Assembly (NCBI GenBank): GCA_012522555.1
Contig: JAAYKG010000060.1
Span: 1 to 57,594, forward strand
DNA: 57,594 bases
Direction: 5' to 3'
From: Armatimonadota bacterium
GTDB taxonomy: Bacteria > Armatimonadota > UBA5829
Part shown: one piece after another, positions 36,532 to 44,589 of the stretch
Layout: each line of letters opens with the position of its first letter
How positions within the stretch are numbered: the stretch's first letter is position 1
Notes under the pieces: model-generated
What the model saw: only the letters and a program-made list of their open reading frames with translations
The model's database searches: none
What the model was told of the DNA's origin: nothing
Position numbers and translations under genes: made by a program

Positions 36532-38391
36532 CTACGGGAGTTCCAGCGCACACGCCCCTCGACTGAATGTTATTACTCTCCGCTGATCTTTAATAGACGC
36601 AAGCGCGGCGTCGAGAATCCCCAGCCGCTCGTCTGCTGATTCAAATTCGATGCTTCCCGGCTGGTAGAAACGGCGTTCATCTTCCAACACTTGTCTATAA
36701 AACTCGAAATATTCGGGCTTGTTGTAGTATTCTCGGTCGAGATATTCGCACATCGCCGCCGATTCATTCTCCCGCACCAGCAGCGACACACAGCCGCCTT
36801 TGCCCGCTCCCGTCAATTTGCCTCCGAGATACCCCGGGCCTCTGCGGGCAATCGTAAGCAGCAGATCGAGTTGCGGGTTTGAAACGCGAAAATCAATGGC
36901 CAATATATCCTGCAGCTCATCAACCATCCGCCCCACCTTTACTCTATACTCATCCAGCTCGGGAGAGTCCATCGCCAGTTCGCCGTTTGCCAGGCGCCTG
37001 TCAGCCTCCAGGAATATGCGTTCCAATTCGCTGCCGATAATATTTTCTTTGTGAAAAAATCTGGCGGTGGTGCGGATGTGATAACCGCCGATGTATCTGC
37101 GCGGCGCTGTATAGATGCGCTCGATCGTCTCTCGATCCTTGCCGAAAACGACCCCAGCCTCATCCGGAGTGATCTTCACCGGCAGCAACAACAAAAACTC
37201 GCGGATAGCGTCGTCTGATATGCCGAGGATGTCTTTGTGAAGGCTGCCGAATTTATGATAATTCGCCTCTATTTTCTTCCAAAGCTCAGGTTGCGATTCA
37301 AGCAGCGGCACCGGCCCGCCAACTTTGAAGCCGAATTTATCCGCCAAGAGTCGCCCCAGCCAGCCTTCTCCGCCAGCCTTGCCTGCTGCCTGCTCCTCGC
37401 GGACTGCTTTGATGATGAGCTTAGCCAACTCGTCGCCCATCTGCATCCAGCCCTTGCGCATGTTAAAGCTTTGGTTGCCGCCGAGGGTCTTATTCACCTC
37501 CCAAAGGGAGTTTGCCAGCACGACGTGGATACCTTTTATAAAGGGCAGTGGGTCTGCGGTGAGTTCTGGCTTGGAGTGTCTATTGTAAACAACGCTGTTG
37601 ACCGGGTTTCGCAGAATAGTAGTCTGGTCGTTTGCGCCTCCGTGTGTGCCGACATACCATTCCGCCTCCCCAAGCATCTTACAAACCTGTTGAATGCTCC
37701 ATTCCGGCAGCAAATCTCGATTGCACAGATACATAGCGAGAAATGACAGGACAACTATCGCAGACGACGAGCTTGTTCCTGCGCGAAAAGGCGCCGTGGA
37801 TGTACCGAAAGTAATATCTGCCCCACGCAATTTAAGTGACGGGTCATCCCACAAAACGCGCATGAACGGGCTGAGGACGTAGTTTAACCAATTTCCTTGA
37901 GGTCTGCCGTAGTGGGGATATACCAGCGATCGATTGTCCCAGTTGTTTTCCAGCTCTCCCGCATACTTATCCCACGGGGCCTCGACAAAACGTCGAAATT
38001 GCTCGGTAATTGATATTTCTGTCGTAGGAAATAACGGATTGACGTTGCTGACGGACAGAATATCATCATCGCGCGGCGTTACAGCAGCGGGCACATCGCC
38101 ATCAATGGTCGTTGACATGTGGTCCCCGGCGCACATGTCGAGATACTCCAAAAAAGCGTTGAGTCGACCGGGAGCTCTGATCAAAAACGATGGTTTGTCC
38201 CCGACGTTCTGCTCGTGAAGTCGGGCTGTTTCCGAAAATCTCTTTCGTTGTCTGGCGAGATATTCGGGATCGGAATTGGCGTATATTTGCTGCCCGAGGT
38301 ATTCGTCGACATCACGCAAACCCGACTCGAGCTTACTTGCGATCTCTACGGGCGGCAAAGGCTTGGTAGTCAGCCTGAAAATATGACTCAT
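36532..38391 (-). CDS. atypically long galactokinase-like GHMP-family kinase
   Basis: RAPGRLNAFLEYLD (GalK N-terminal signature-like), AGTSSSSAIVV (GHMP motif II), EAEWYVGTHGGANDQ (GalK-like) and KLTGAGKGGCV (motif III). 619 aa, with a long insertion between motifs II and III. Confidence 0.8.
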   Translation of the reverse strand: MSHIFRLTTKPLPPVEIASKLESGLRDVDEYLGQQIYANSDPEYLARQRKRFSETARLHEQNVGDKPSFLIRAPGRLNAFLEYLDMCAGDHMSTTIDGDVPAAVTPRDDDILSVSNVNPLFPTTEISITEQFRRFVEAPWDKYAGELENNWDNRSLVYPHYGRPQGNWLNYVLSPFMRVLWDDPSLKLRGADITFGTSTAPFRAGTSSSSAIVVLSFLAMYLCNRDLLPEWSIQQVCKMLGEAEWYVGTHGGANDQTTILRNPVNSVVYNRHSKPELTADPLPFIKGIHVVLANSLWEVNKTLGGNQSFNMRKGWMQMGDELAKLIIKAVREEQAAGKAGGEGWLGRLLADKFGFKVGGPVPLLESQPELWKKIEANYHKFGSLHKDILGISDDAIREFLLLLPVKITPDEAGVVFGKDRETIERIYTAPRRYIGGYHIRTTARFFHKENIIGSELERIFLEADRRLANGELAMDSPELDEYRVKVGRMVDELQDILAIDFRVSNPQLDLLLTIARRGPGYLGGKLTGAGKGGCVSLLVRENESAAMCEYLDREYYNKPEYFEFYRQVLEDERRFYQPGSIEFESADERLGILDAALASIKDQRRVITFSRGACALELP

Positions 38392-38566
38392 ATATCAGCA
38401 TCCACCTCTTTTGAGTACACATGAGGTTAACACCACCAGCCCGTGTACGTCAAATAATGCGGGCCACCTCTTCGACAAATCCTGAACAATCTCCGCACGA
38501 ATCAGCGCAAAAAGAAATGATGGAGGATCAGAGGCCAATGGACTAATGACAATGAGGGCAAAAACA

Positions 38567-38596
38567 ATTGACACCCGTATTTGGTATCGGGTATAA
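38567..38596 (+). promoter_or_regulatory. consensus sigma-70 promoter for rpsU (TTGACA-N18-TATAAT)
   Basis: Perfect TTGACA at 38567-38572 and perfect TATAAT at 38591-38596. This implies a leader of about 160 nt before rpsU. Confidence 0.6.
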
Positions 38597-38765
38597 TTAC
38601 GGTAGACGTAAGAGTAGGCAATCAGCAACGTTTGTGGATTAGCGGATTTGGCGAAGTAGCTACACTTACTCACTTGCCTTATAGTATAGTATAGCGCTGC
38701 CGATCCTCTCCCCACACTGACGCGGTGCTACGTGCCCGAGACTGTCGATGGAGGAGGGATTATGG

Positions 38766-38945
38766 TTGGCACAGGTTCAAGTAAAACCTAATGAGAGTCT
38801 GGACAGCGCTCTGAAGCGCTTCAAGAAAGCGCTTCAGCAGACCGGTGTTCTCAAAGAAGCACGTGAACACGAGCACTACGAGAAACCCAGCGACAAAAGG
38901 CGCAAGGCCGAGGCGGCGAGACGCCGAAAGATGCGAAGAGCGTAA
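38766..38945 (+). CDS. rpsU: 30S ribosomal protein S21
   Basis: [20 protein letters not shown]...[10 protein letters not shown] is a typical S21 sequence. TTG 38766 behind GGAGGAGGG is preferred over the ORF-track ATG 38748. Confidence 0.92.
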   Translation: MAQVQVKPNESLDSALKRFKKALQQTGVLKEAREHEHYEKPSDKRRKAEAARRRKMRRA

Positions 38946-38950
38946 AGTCC

Positions 38951-39409
38951 ATGAACGGACCTATGTCGTTAACTGAAAAGCTTCTTGAAGACCAGAAGCT
39001 CGCAATGAAATCCAAGGATGAGTTGGCTTTGTCCACCATCCGGCTTCTTAGATCATCGGTGAGTTACGCCAGAATCGAAAAAGGCGGCGATCTCACCGAT
39101 GATGAAGTTTTACAAGTACTTACTCGTGAGGCCAAGCGGCGCAGGGAGGCGATTGAAGCCGCGGTTTCGGGAGGAAGATCCGACGTCGCAGAAAAAGAAC
39201 GCGCGGAGTTGGAAATCATTACTGCCTATCTGCCTGAACAACTCGATGAGACCGAAATAGAAGCGATAGCCAGGGAAGTTGCCACGCAAGTCGGAGCGTC
39301 AGACCCAAGCAACCGTGGGAAAGTTATGGGCCTGTTGATGAAGCGGATTCGTGGCAGAGCGGACGGGAAATTAGCCGGTCTCGTTGTCGAGAGGATTTTA
39401 CGAGGCTAG
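38951..39409 (+). CDS. GatB/YqeY domain protein
   Basis: SLTEKLLEDQKLAMKSKDELALSTIRLL ... ITAYLPEQL is a typical YqeY sequence. Conserved position after rpsU. Start is 38951 or 38963. Confidence 0.9.
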   Translation: MNGPMSLTEKLLEDQKLAMKSKDELALSTIRLLRSSVSYARIEKGGDLTDDEVLQVLTREAKRRREAIEAAVSGGRSDVAEKERAELEIITAYLPEQLDETEIEAIAREVATQVGASDPSNRGKVMGLLMKRIRGRADGKLAGLVVERILRG

Positions 39410-39466
39410 ACACTTGCGCGTGGCGAATACTATGTCGATAAACCACATCGCCTTTGACTCTTCAAT

Positions 39467-41701
39467 ATGAGATCCTTTATGCCACTCATCGGTAGGCGCG
39501 CCAAAAAGAACTCGGATAAAAGCGCTCCATCCACAAGAATAGATGTAAAAAGAGCCGGGCTGGCATTTGCAACAATTGCGATCCTGTCGGTGTTGCTGTC
39601 TATTCACATGTTGCCGAGCAGAATCGATCTCAAAGTCGGAGATGTCGCCGCCGATGATATTGTCGCCCCTCGCGCCGCCAAATATGTCGATTCCTCGGAA
39701 ACCAGGCTAAAGAAAACCAAAGCCGCGGCGGGTGTAGGCAAGGTATATGACGCACTGCCAAGCGCGGCAGACCAGGCGATCGCCACTTTGAAGTCGATTT
39801 TCGCGATTGTTGAGGTCGTGCGTCGGGACTATCCGGACCAGTCGGCGGAGGCAAAGATTGGCGCCCTTCGGAACAGATTGGGCACAGGTGTCGGTTCGCG
39901 TATTTCAGACTCTACATATTTGTCTTTGCTTTCGGCGGATGCCGCCGCCCTGAGGCAAATAGAGGACGAGTCGCTGCATATAGTCAGCGCAGCCATGAGC
40001 AAAGAAATTCGCGACAACCCCTCGGATCTTCGGTCAGCTCAAGATGAAGTTGTCAATGAATCCCGCAGACTGATAGCGGATCCTCGAAAAGCGGCTCTGG
40101 TTGCAGAGCTTTCTTCGGATTCGATCAAGCCCAATCGAATATACAACCCCAGCCGCACAATCGATCTCCAGGAAGCTGCGCAGGCCCGTGTTCGACCGAC
40201 CCACAAATTGATTTCCCGCGGCGAATTGGTGATAGCCAAGGGGGAACCCGTCTTGGAAGAGCACATGGAGAAGCTCCAGGCGTTGGGGCTGCGCAATCCC
40301 CGCATAGACTATCGAACTGTAAGTTCGCTCACTGCTTTAGTAATGCTGGCGGTGCTGCTGGTCGGGGGGTATTTGTCCAGATATTACCCGGAGGTCTATC
40401 GCAGCACAAAATCTCTGTTTTTGCTCGCATTGCTGGCGGTGATCGGCACCCTCGCCCTGCGCATAAGCGGCAGCTTGCTGGGGATCAACCTTACAATGGA
40501 TCAGGTTGGTTTTCTGGGTGTGCTGTGGGTGGTGACAGTGGGCATGTTGGTCAGCGCTTTGGTCAACCCCCAGGTGTCGGTTGTGATCGCGGCTTTGCTT
40601 TCGATTGTGTTGTCGCTGATGCTCAACGGTGAACTGCGCTTTGCTGTCAGCAGTTTTATGACTGCGATTGTGGGCATTTTAGGGGTAGCCGATATTCGAG
40701 ATCGCACGGACCTGGCGCGGGCGGTTGGATTTTTGTCTGCGACGGGTGTATTGTTGGTTTGGGTGACGGGCGGAATAGCCAACGACTCCTATTTTAATAT
40801 GCGCATGGGCACGTTCTGGGCCGGCGTGGTTGTGCCCATAGGCGCTGGGGCGATATTTCTTATCGGCACGGTACCGCTTGAGAGGCTTTTCGGCCTGACA
40901 ACGCATCTTTCTTTGTTGGAGCTTGCTGATACAAACAAACCGCTGCTGCGTCGATTGGTGATCGAAGCGCCGGGGACGTATACGCATAGTATGGCGGTGG
41001 GGCATCTCGCCGAGACAGCGGCGCAGGTCATTGGGGCTGATCCGCTTATGGCGCGTGTGGCGTCGTATTATCACGATATTGGCAAGATTCGCAGGCCGCA
41101 TTTTTTCGTCGAAAACCAGAACATTGAAAATGTGCACGATAAGATAAGCCCCACGCTGTCGGCGTTGGTGATAACGTCGCATATAAAAGATGGGGTGGAA
41201 ATCGCCAGAGATTATAAACTGCCCAAAGTGGTTATCGACGTCATCAGCCAGCATCACGGGACATCGTTGGTTCAATATTTCTATGAGCAGGCTATCGGCA
41301 CGCAGGATCCCGCGACCGAGTTGGAGAGCCAGTTCAGATACACCGGCCCAAAGCCGAAATCAAAGGAAGCTGCTTTGGTGATGCTTGCGGATTCAGTTGA
41401 AGCCGCGTCCAGAGCGATGTCCAAACCGACCCGTGCCACCATTGAGTTGATTGTAAACAAAATTGTGGCTGATAAACTGCGGGATGGACAGCTCGATGAG
41501 TCGGATCTTACATTCAAGGAAGTTAGCAAAGTCACAGGCGCATTTATAAAAGCCCTTATCGGCACACTACATGCGCGGATCGATTATGCCGAAGTAGTGG
41601 ACAAGAAAGCGACCAATGGAAATTCTAATAACAAAACACGAGCCAATGGCTTTGAGGACCAGCCGGCTGAAGAAGCGGGCACTGAAAGTGCTGCAATCTG
41701 A
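39467..41701 (+). CDS. 7TM-receptor HD-domain phosphohydrolase (PgpH/YqfF type)
   Basis: Extracellular N-domain, seven TM helices, then an HD domain (HSMAVGHLAE...YYHDIGK...SQHHG). Gene order pgpH-ybeY-dgkA. Confidence 0.9.
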   Translation: MRSFMPLIGRRAKKNSDKSAPSTRIDVKRAGLAFATIAILSVLLSIHMLPSRIDLKVGDVAADDIVAPRAAKYVDSSETRLKKTKAAAGVGKVYDALPSAADQAIATLKSIFAIVEVVRRDYPDQSAEAKIGALRNRLGTGVGSRISDSTYLSLLSADAAALRQIEDESLHIVSAAMSKEIRDNPSDLRSAQDEVVNESRRLIADPRKAALVAELSSDSIKPNRIYNPSRTIDLQEAAQARVRPTHKLISRGELVIAKGEPVLEEHMEKLQALGLRNPRIDYRTVSSLTALVMLAVLLVGGYLSRYYPEVYRSTKSLFLLALLAVIGTLALRISGSLLGINLTMDQVGFLGVLWVVTVGMLVSALVNPQVSVVIAALLSIVLSLMLNGELRFAVSSFMTAIVGILGVADIRDRTDLARAVGFLSATGVLLVWVTGGIANDSYFNMRMGTFWAGVVVPIGAGAIFLIGTVPLERLFGLTTHLSLLELADTNKPLLRRLVIEAPGTYTHSMAVGHLAETAAQVIGADPLMARVASYYHDIGKIRRPHFFVENQNIENVHDKISPTLSALVITSHIKDGVEIARDYKLPKVVIDVISQHHGTSLVQYFYEQAIGTQDPATELESQFRYTGPKPKSKEAALVMLADSVEAASRAMSKPTRATIELIVNKIVADKLRDGQLDESDLTFKEVSKVTGAFIKALIGTLHARIDYAEVVDKKATNGNSNNKTRANGFEDQPAEEAGTESAAI

Positions 41702-42071
41702 ACATTGCGTTCAACAGACCGAGGTAAGCATCTTGCTTACCGATGATCAGAATATTAGAATACTTAATAAGCAATATCGAGACATCGATGAGTCGACGGA
41801 TGTTCTGTCGTTTTCACAGCACGAAGGTGCGGAGGATTTTCCGTGCGCCGAGGAGGAAAACCTCCTTGGTGATATAGTCATTTCAGTGGAGACCGCCAGG
41901 CGACAGGCCGAACAGCGAGATGTTGGGCTTGATGAGGAGCTTGACATGCTGCTGGTGCATGGGCTGTTGCACTTGTTGGGTTACGATCACGCCCAACCGC
42001 AAGAAGCCGAAGCGATGTTCGCGCGGCAAGCCGAGTTGCTCGAAGGGCAGATGGATAAGGATAGCGATTGA
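41646..42071 (+). CDS. ybeY: rRNA maturation endoribonuclease YbeY
   Basis: HGLLHLLGYDH zinc-binding motif. Start is uncertain (41616-41700) and overlaps the pgpH 3' end. Confidence 0.9.
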   Translation: MALRTSRLKKRALKVLQSEHCVQQTEVSILLTDDQNIRILNKQYRDIDESTDVLSFSQHEGAEDFPCAEEENLLGDIVISVETARRQAEQRDVGLDEELDMLLVHGLLHLLGYDHAQPQEAEAMFARQAELLEGQMDKDSD

Positions 42072-42074
42072 GCG

Positions 42075-42794
42075 ATGCGTTTTCTTCGTAACCCGATGAA
42101 CGGGTTCAAATATGCGGTTGAGGGAGTGGTGCATGTGTTTCGCACGCAGCGGCACATGCGGTTCCACTTCTTGACTATGGTGTTGGTTTTGGTGGTCAGC
42201 CTGGTTTTCAAGCTGAAGCGCGAAGAAGTGATTGTGTTGTTGTTTACGATCACTTTGGTGCTGGCTGCTGAGATGTTCAATACGGCGATTGAGGCTGTGG
42301 TGGATTTAGTCACCCAAACCTACCATCCGTTGGCTAAATTCGCCAAGGATATAGCCTCAGGGGCGGTGTTGATTACCGCGATAAACGCGCTGGCGATCGG
42401 TTTTTTACTTTTCCCTGGCGGCCAACGGCTCAATTTGCTCAGCGAAGAGCTTGGATTGCATGTGCCTGATTGGCCGACTGTGGGTTCTGTAACATTTTTG
42501 TTACTGGGCATAATGGTGTTAATGTGGAAAGTGGCCGGTAGAAAGGGCAAACTACTTAAAGGTGGGGTGGTCAGTGGCCATTCGGCAGTTGGTTTCTTTC
42601 TGGCGACTACTATTGTATTTATGTCCGGCAGGGTGGCAATTGGTATAATGGCTTTTATGTTGGCGGTTTTAGTTGCTCAGAGCAGGGTGGAAGGTGGTAT
42701 ACACACTCTTGCCGAAGTAGTGCTCGGAGCGCTGTTGGCGACGGGGGTGGCGTGCGTTGTGTATGGCGTGCTATCTCCGGTGTTTCCTTTGTAG
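42075..42794 (+). CDS. diacylglycerol/undecaprenol kinase (DgkA) fused to a PAP2-like phosphatase half-domain
   Basis: The N-terminal ~115 aa match DgkA (FKYAVEGV...AAEMFNTAIEAVVD...KDIASGAV). The C-terminus carries PAP2 motifs SGHS and SRVEGGIHTLAEVVLG. Confidence 0.85.
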   Translation: MRFLRNPMNGFKYAVEGVVHVFRTQRHMRFHFLTMVLVLVVSLVFKLKREEVIVLLFTITLVLAAEMFNTAIEAVVDLVTQTYHPLAKFAKDIASGAVLITAINALAIGFLLFPGGQRLNLLSEELGLHVPDWPTVGSVTFLLLGIMVLMWKVAGRKGKLLKGGVVSGHSAVGFFLATTIVFMSGRVAIGIMAFMLAVLVAQSRVEGGIHTLAEVVLGALLATGVACVVYGVLSPVFPL

Positions 42795-42815
42795 ATGAGA
42801 GGTTAAGTTCCGCTA

Positions 42816-44171
42816 GTGGACCCAGACCCAAACCGTATAGTGACAGGGATAATCATAATCGCGGTGCTTGTGATGCTCAATGCGTTCTTCGCCGCGGCTG
42901 AGATGTCGCTGGTTTCCGTAAGAAGAACTCGAATCAAGCAGTTGGTGGAAGAGGGTAATGCGCGCGCGCGTACGGTTTTAGAACTGCTTGAGCACCCCAC
43001 GAACTTTATGGCGACCGTCCAGATTGGCTTGACGCTGGTCGGATTTTTGGCATCAGCGTTTGCGGCGGTGAGCATAGCCGAGCCTGTCGCAAAGTTTTTG
43101 CATACCTCAAAAGCGATTGCCGTAATCTTGGAAACTGTTGTGCTGAGCTTGATAACCCTCGTCTTTGGAGAGATCGCGCCGAAAAGTGTGGCGATACAAC
43201 GCGCCGAGAAACTGTCGCTGGCGTTCGGCGGCACGGTGAAACTGTTGTCAATTCTCACTCTGCCGGCGGTCAAACTGGTCAGTTTCCTGAGCGATCTGAT
43301 CGTTCGTCCGTTTGGTGTGCATGCGCGCTTCAACAGCCCGATTCTCACTGAAGAAGAACTCAAAATGATGGTAGAAGCCGGCGAGGAGGAAGGTGTCATC
43401 GAGGAAGAGGAAAAGGAAATGATACATTCCATCTTCGATTTCACCGACACGGTGGCTAGGCAGGTAATGGTTCCTCGAACCGATATGGACGCGGCGCCGG
43501 TTACTAGCACACTCGACGAACTGCTGGATATTATCACCGAGACGGGCCGCTCCAGAATCCCTATTTATGAGGATAACGTCGACAATATTATCGGAGTTGT
43601 TCACGCGAAGGATCTGATCCCGGTATTGAGGCAGGATAAGCATAAATATGATCTGCGGGCGGTGATGCGTCAGGCGTATTTTATCCCGGAGACCAAAGAT
43701 GTTGATGAATTGCTGGCGGATTTCAAGCTGGGCAATGTCCAGATGGCGATTGTGCGTGATGAATATGGCGGCACTGCGGGGTTGGTTACCGTCGAGGATT
43801 TGCTCGAGGAAATCGTCGGCGAGATTCGGGATGAATATGATATGGAGGAGCCGCTGATTGATGTTGAGGATGTTGACCATGCCATTGTCAGTGCGAGGAT
43901 GAGCATCGACGACCTCAACGAGCAAATGGGTGTGGATATCCCGGAAAGTGAAGAATTCGAGACCATCGGCGGTTTCGTCTTTGATTTGTTTGGACGGCAG
44001 CCCGAAGAAGGAGAGGTGATTAGTTGGAGCAACCTCGATTTCGTCGTTCACAGCCTCGATGGCGGTCGACTACACCGAATACAGATCATCCGAACGGAAA
44101 GACCAAAAGAATCCGGCGAGGAAGGGGCCGACACAAACGGCAAATCGAAGAAAAATAACGGCTCCAAATAA
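42816..44171 (+). CDS. hemolysin-family / CNNM (DUF21-CBS-CorC_HlyC) membrane protein
   Basis: GTG start. DUF21 TM region (LNAFFAAAEMSLVS), a CBS pair and a CorC_HlyC C-terminal domain (ETIGGFVFDLFGRQPEEGE). Confidence 0.92.
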   Translation: MDPDPNRIVTGIIIIAVLVMLNAFFAAAEMSLVSVRRTRIKQLVEEGNARARTVLELLEHPTNFMATVQIGLTLVGFLASAFAAVSIAEPVAKFLHTSKAIAVILETVVLSLITLVFGEIAPKSVAIQRAEKLSLAFGGTVKLLSILTLPAVKLVSFLSDLIVRPFGVHARFNSPILTEEELKMMVEAGEEEGVIEEEEKEMIHSIFDFTDTVARQVMVPRTDMDAAPVTSTLDELLDIITETGRSRIPIYEDNVDNIIGVVHAKDLIPVLRQDKHKYDLRAVMRQAYFIPETKDVDELLADFKLGNVQMAIVRDEYGGTAGLVTVEDLLEEIVGEIRDEYDMEEPLIDVEDVDHAIVSARMSIDDLNEQMGVDIPESEEFETIGGFVFDLFGRQPEEGEVISWSNLDFVVHSLDGGRLHRIQIIRTERPKESGEEGADTNGKSKKNNGSK

Positions 44172-44261
44172 CTTGCATCCCCCTATTCATCGACCAATTT
44201 CCCGTATTCCTCACAGGCTGGCCCGCCGCCCGGTGTGGCATAAGCTATATGAAGATCAACC

Positions 44262-44352
44262 GACAATCGCAAACCCTGGGAAACCAGGGGACGCAAAGCT
44301 ATAGGGGCTAAATTCCGACGATACGTCGGGACAAGTCTGCCAGGCTGCCGAA
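44262..44352 (+). promoter_or_regulatory. c-di-GMP-I (GEMM-I) riboswitch aptamer upstream of the HD-GYP/GAF/GGDEF operon
   Basis: CGCAAACCCUGG-GAAA-CCAGGGGACGCAAAGCUAUAGGGGCUAAAUUCCGACG-AUA-CGUCGGGACAAGUCUGCCAGGCUGCCG. It shares the core GGGGACGCAAAGC..GGGGCUAAA...GGCUGCCG with the flgM-leader copy. Confidence 0.8.
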
Positions 44353-44437
44353 GTTGATGCGTGTTTTCACCCGAATAATTCATTACAGGCATACGGGATG
44401 AAAATGCGTGGTCTGCTGCGGCAGCCTGGCAGTTTTA
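44337..44437 (+). promoter_or_regulatory. candidate riboswitch expression platform (anti-aptamer / terminator-like helix)
   Basis: CGGCAGCCUGGCAG (44419-44432) is the perfect reverse complement of the aptamer 3' strand CUGCCAGGCUGCCG (44337-44350) and is followed by UUUUA. Confidence 0.4.
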
Positions 44438-44589
44438 CGCCAGGACGCATTTATTCTCGCAGATTGGCGGAAGCCTGCCGGAATGGAATCCGATGTCACT
44501 TTTGTCGATGATGAAGTTTTTATCGATTGGCTCGAAGTATCTGTTTTGCGCGAGGAGCCCGCGCTGCCACATAGAAGGGCAGATGCAAT

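Noticed and set aside
38680-38694. TATAG x3 tandem microrepeat
   Set aside because: It is too short to call as a functional repeat on its own, so it is mentioned only as part of the rpsU leader.
38395-38715. 106-aa minus-strand ORF upstream of rpsU
   Set aside because: It covers the consensus rpsU promoter and leader on the opposite strand, with no SD and no similarity to anything I recognise.
42803-44051. Minus-strand ORFs of 244 and 267 aa (42803-43537 and 43248-44051)
   Set aside because: Both are antisense to the CNNM/hemolysin-family gene. One is a Ser-rich low-complexity sequence. Neither has an SD or a recognisable domain.
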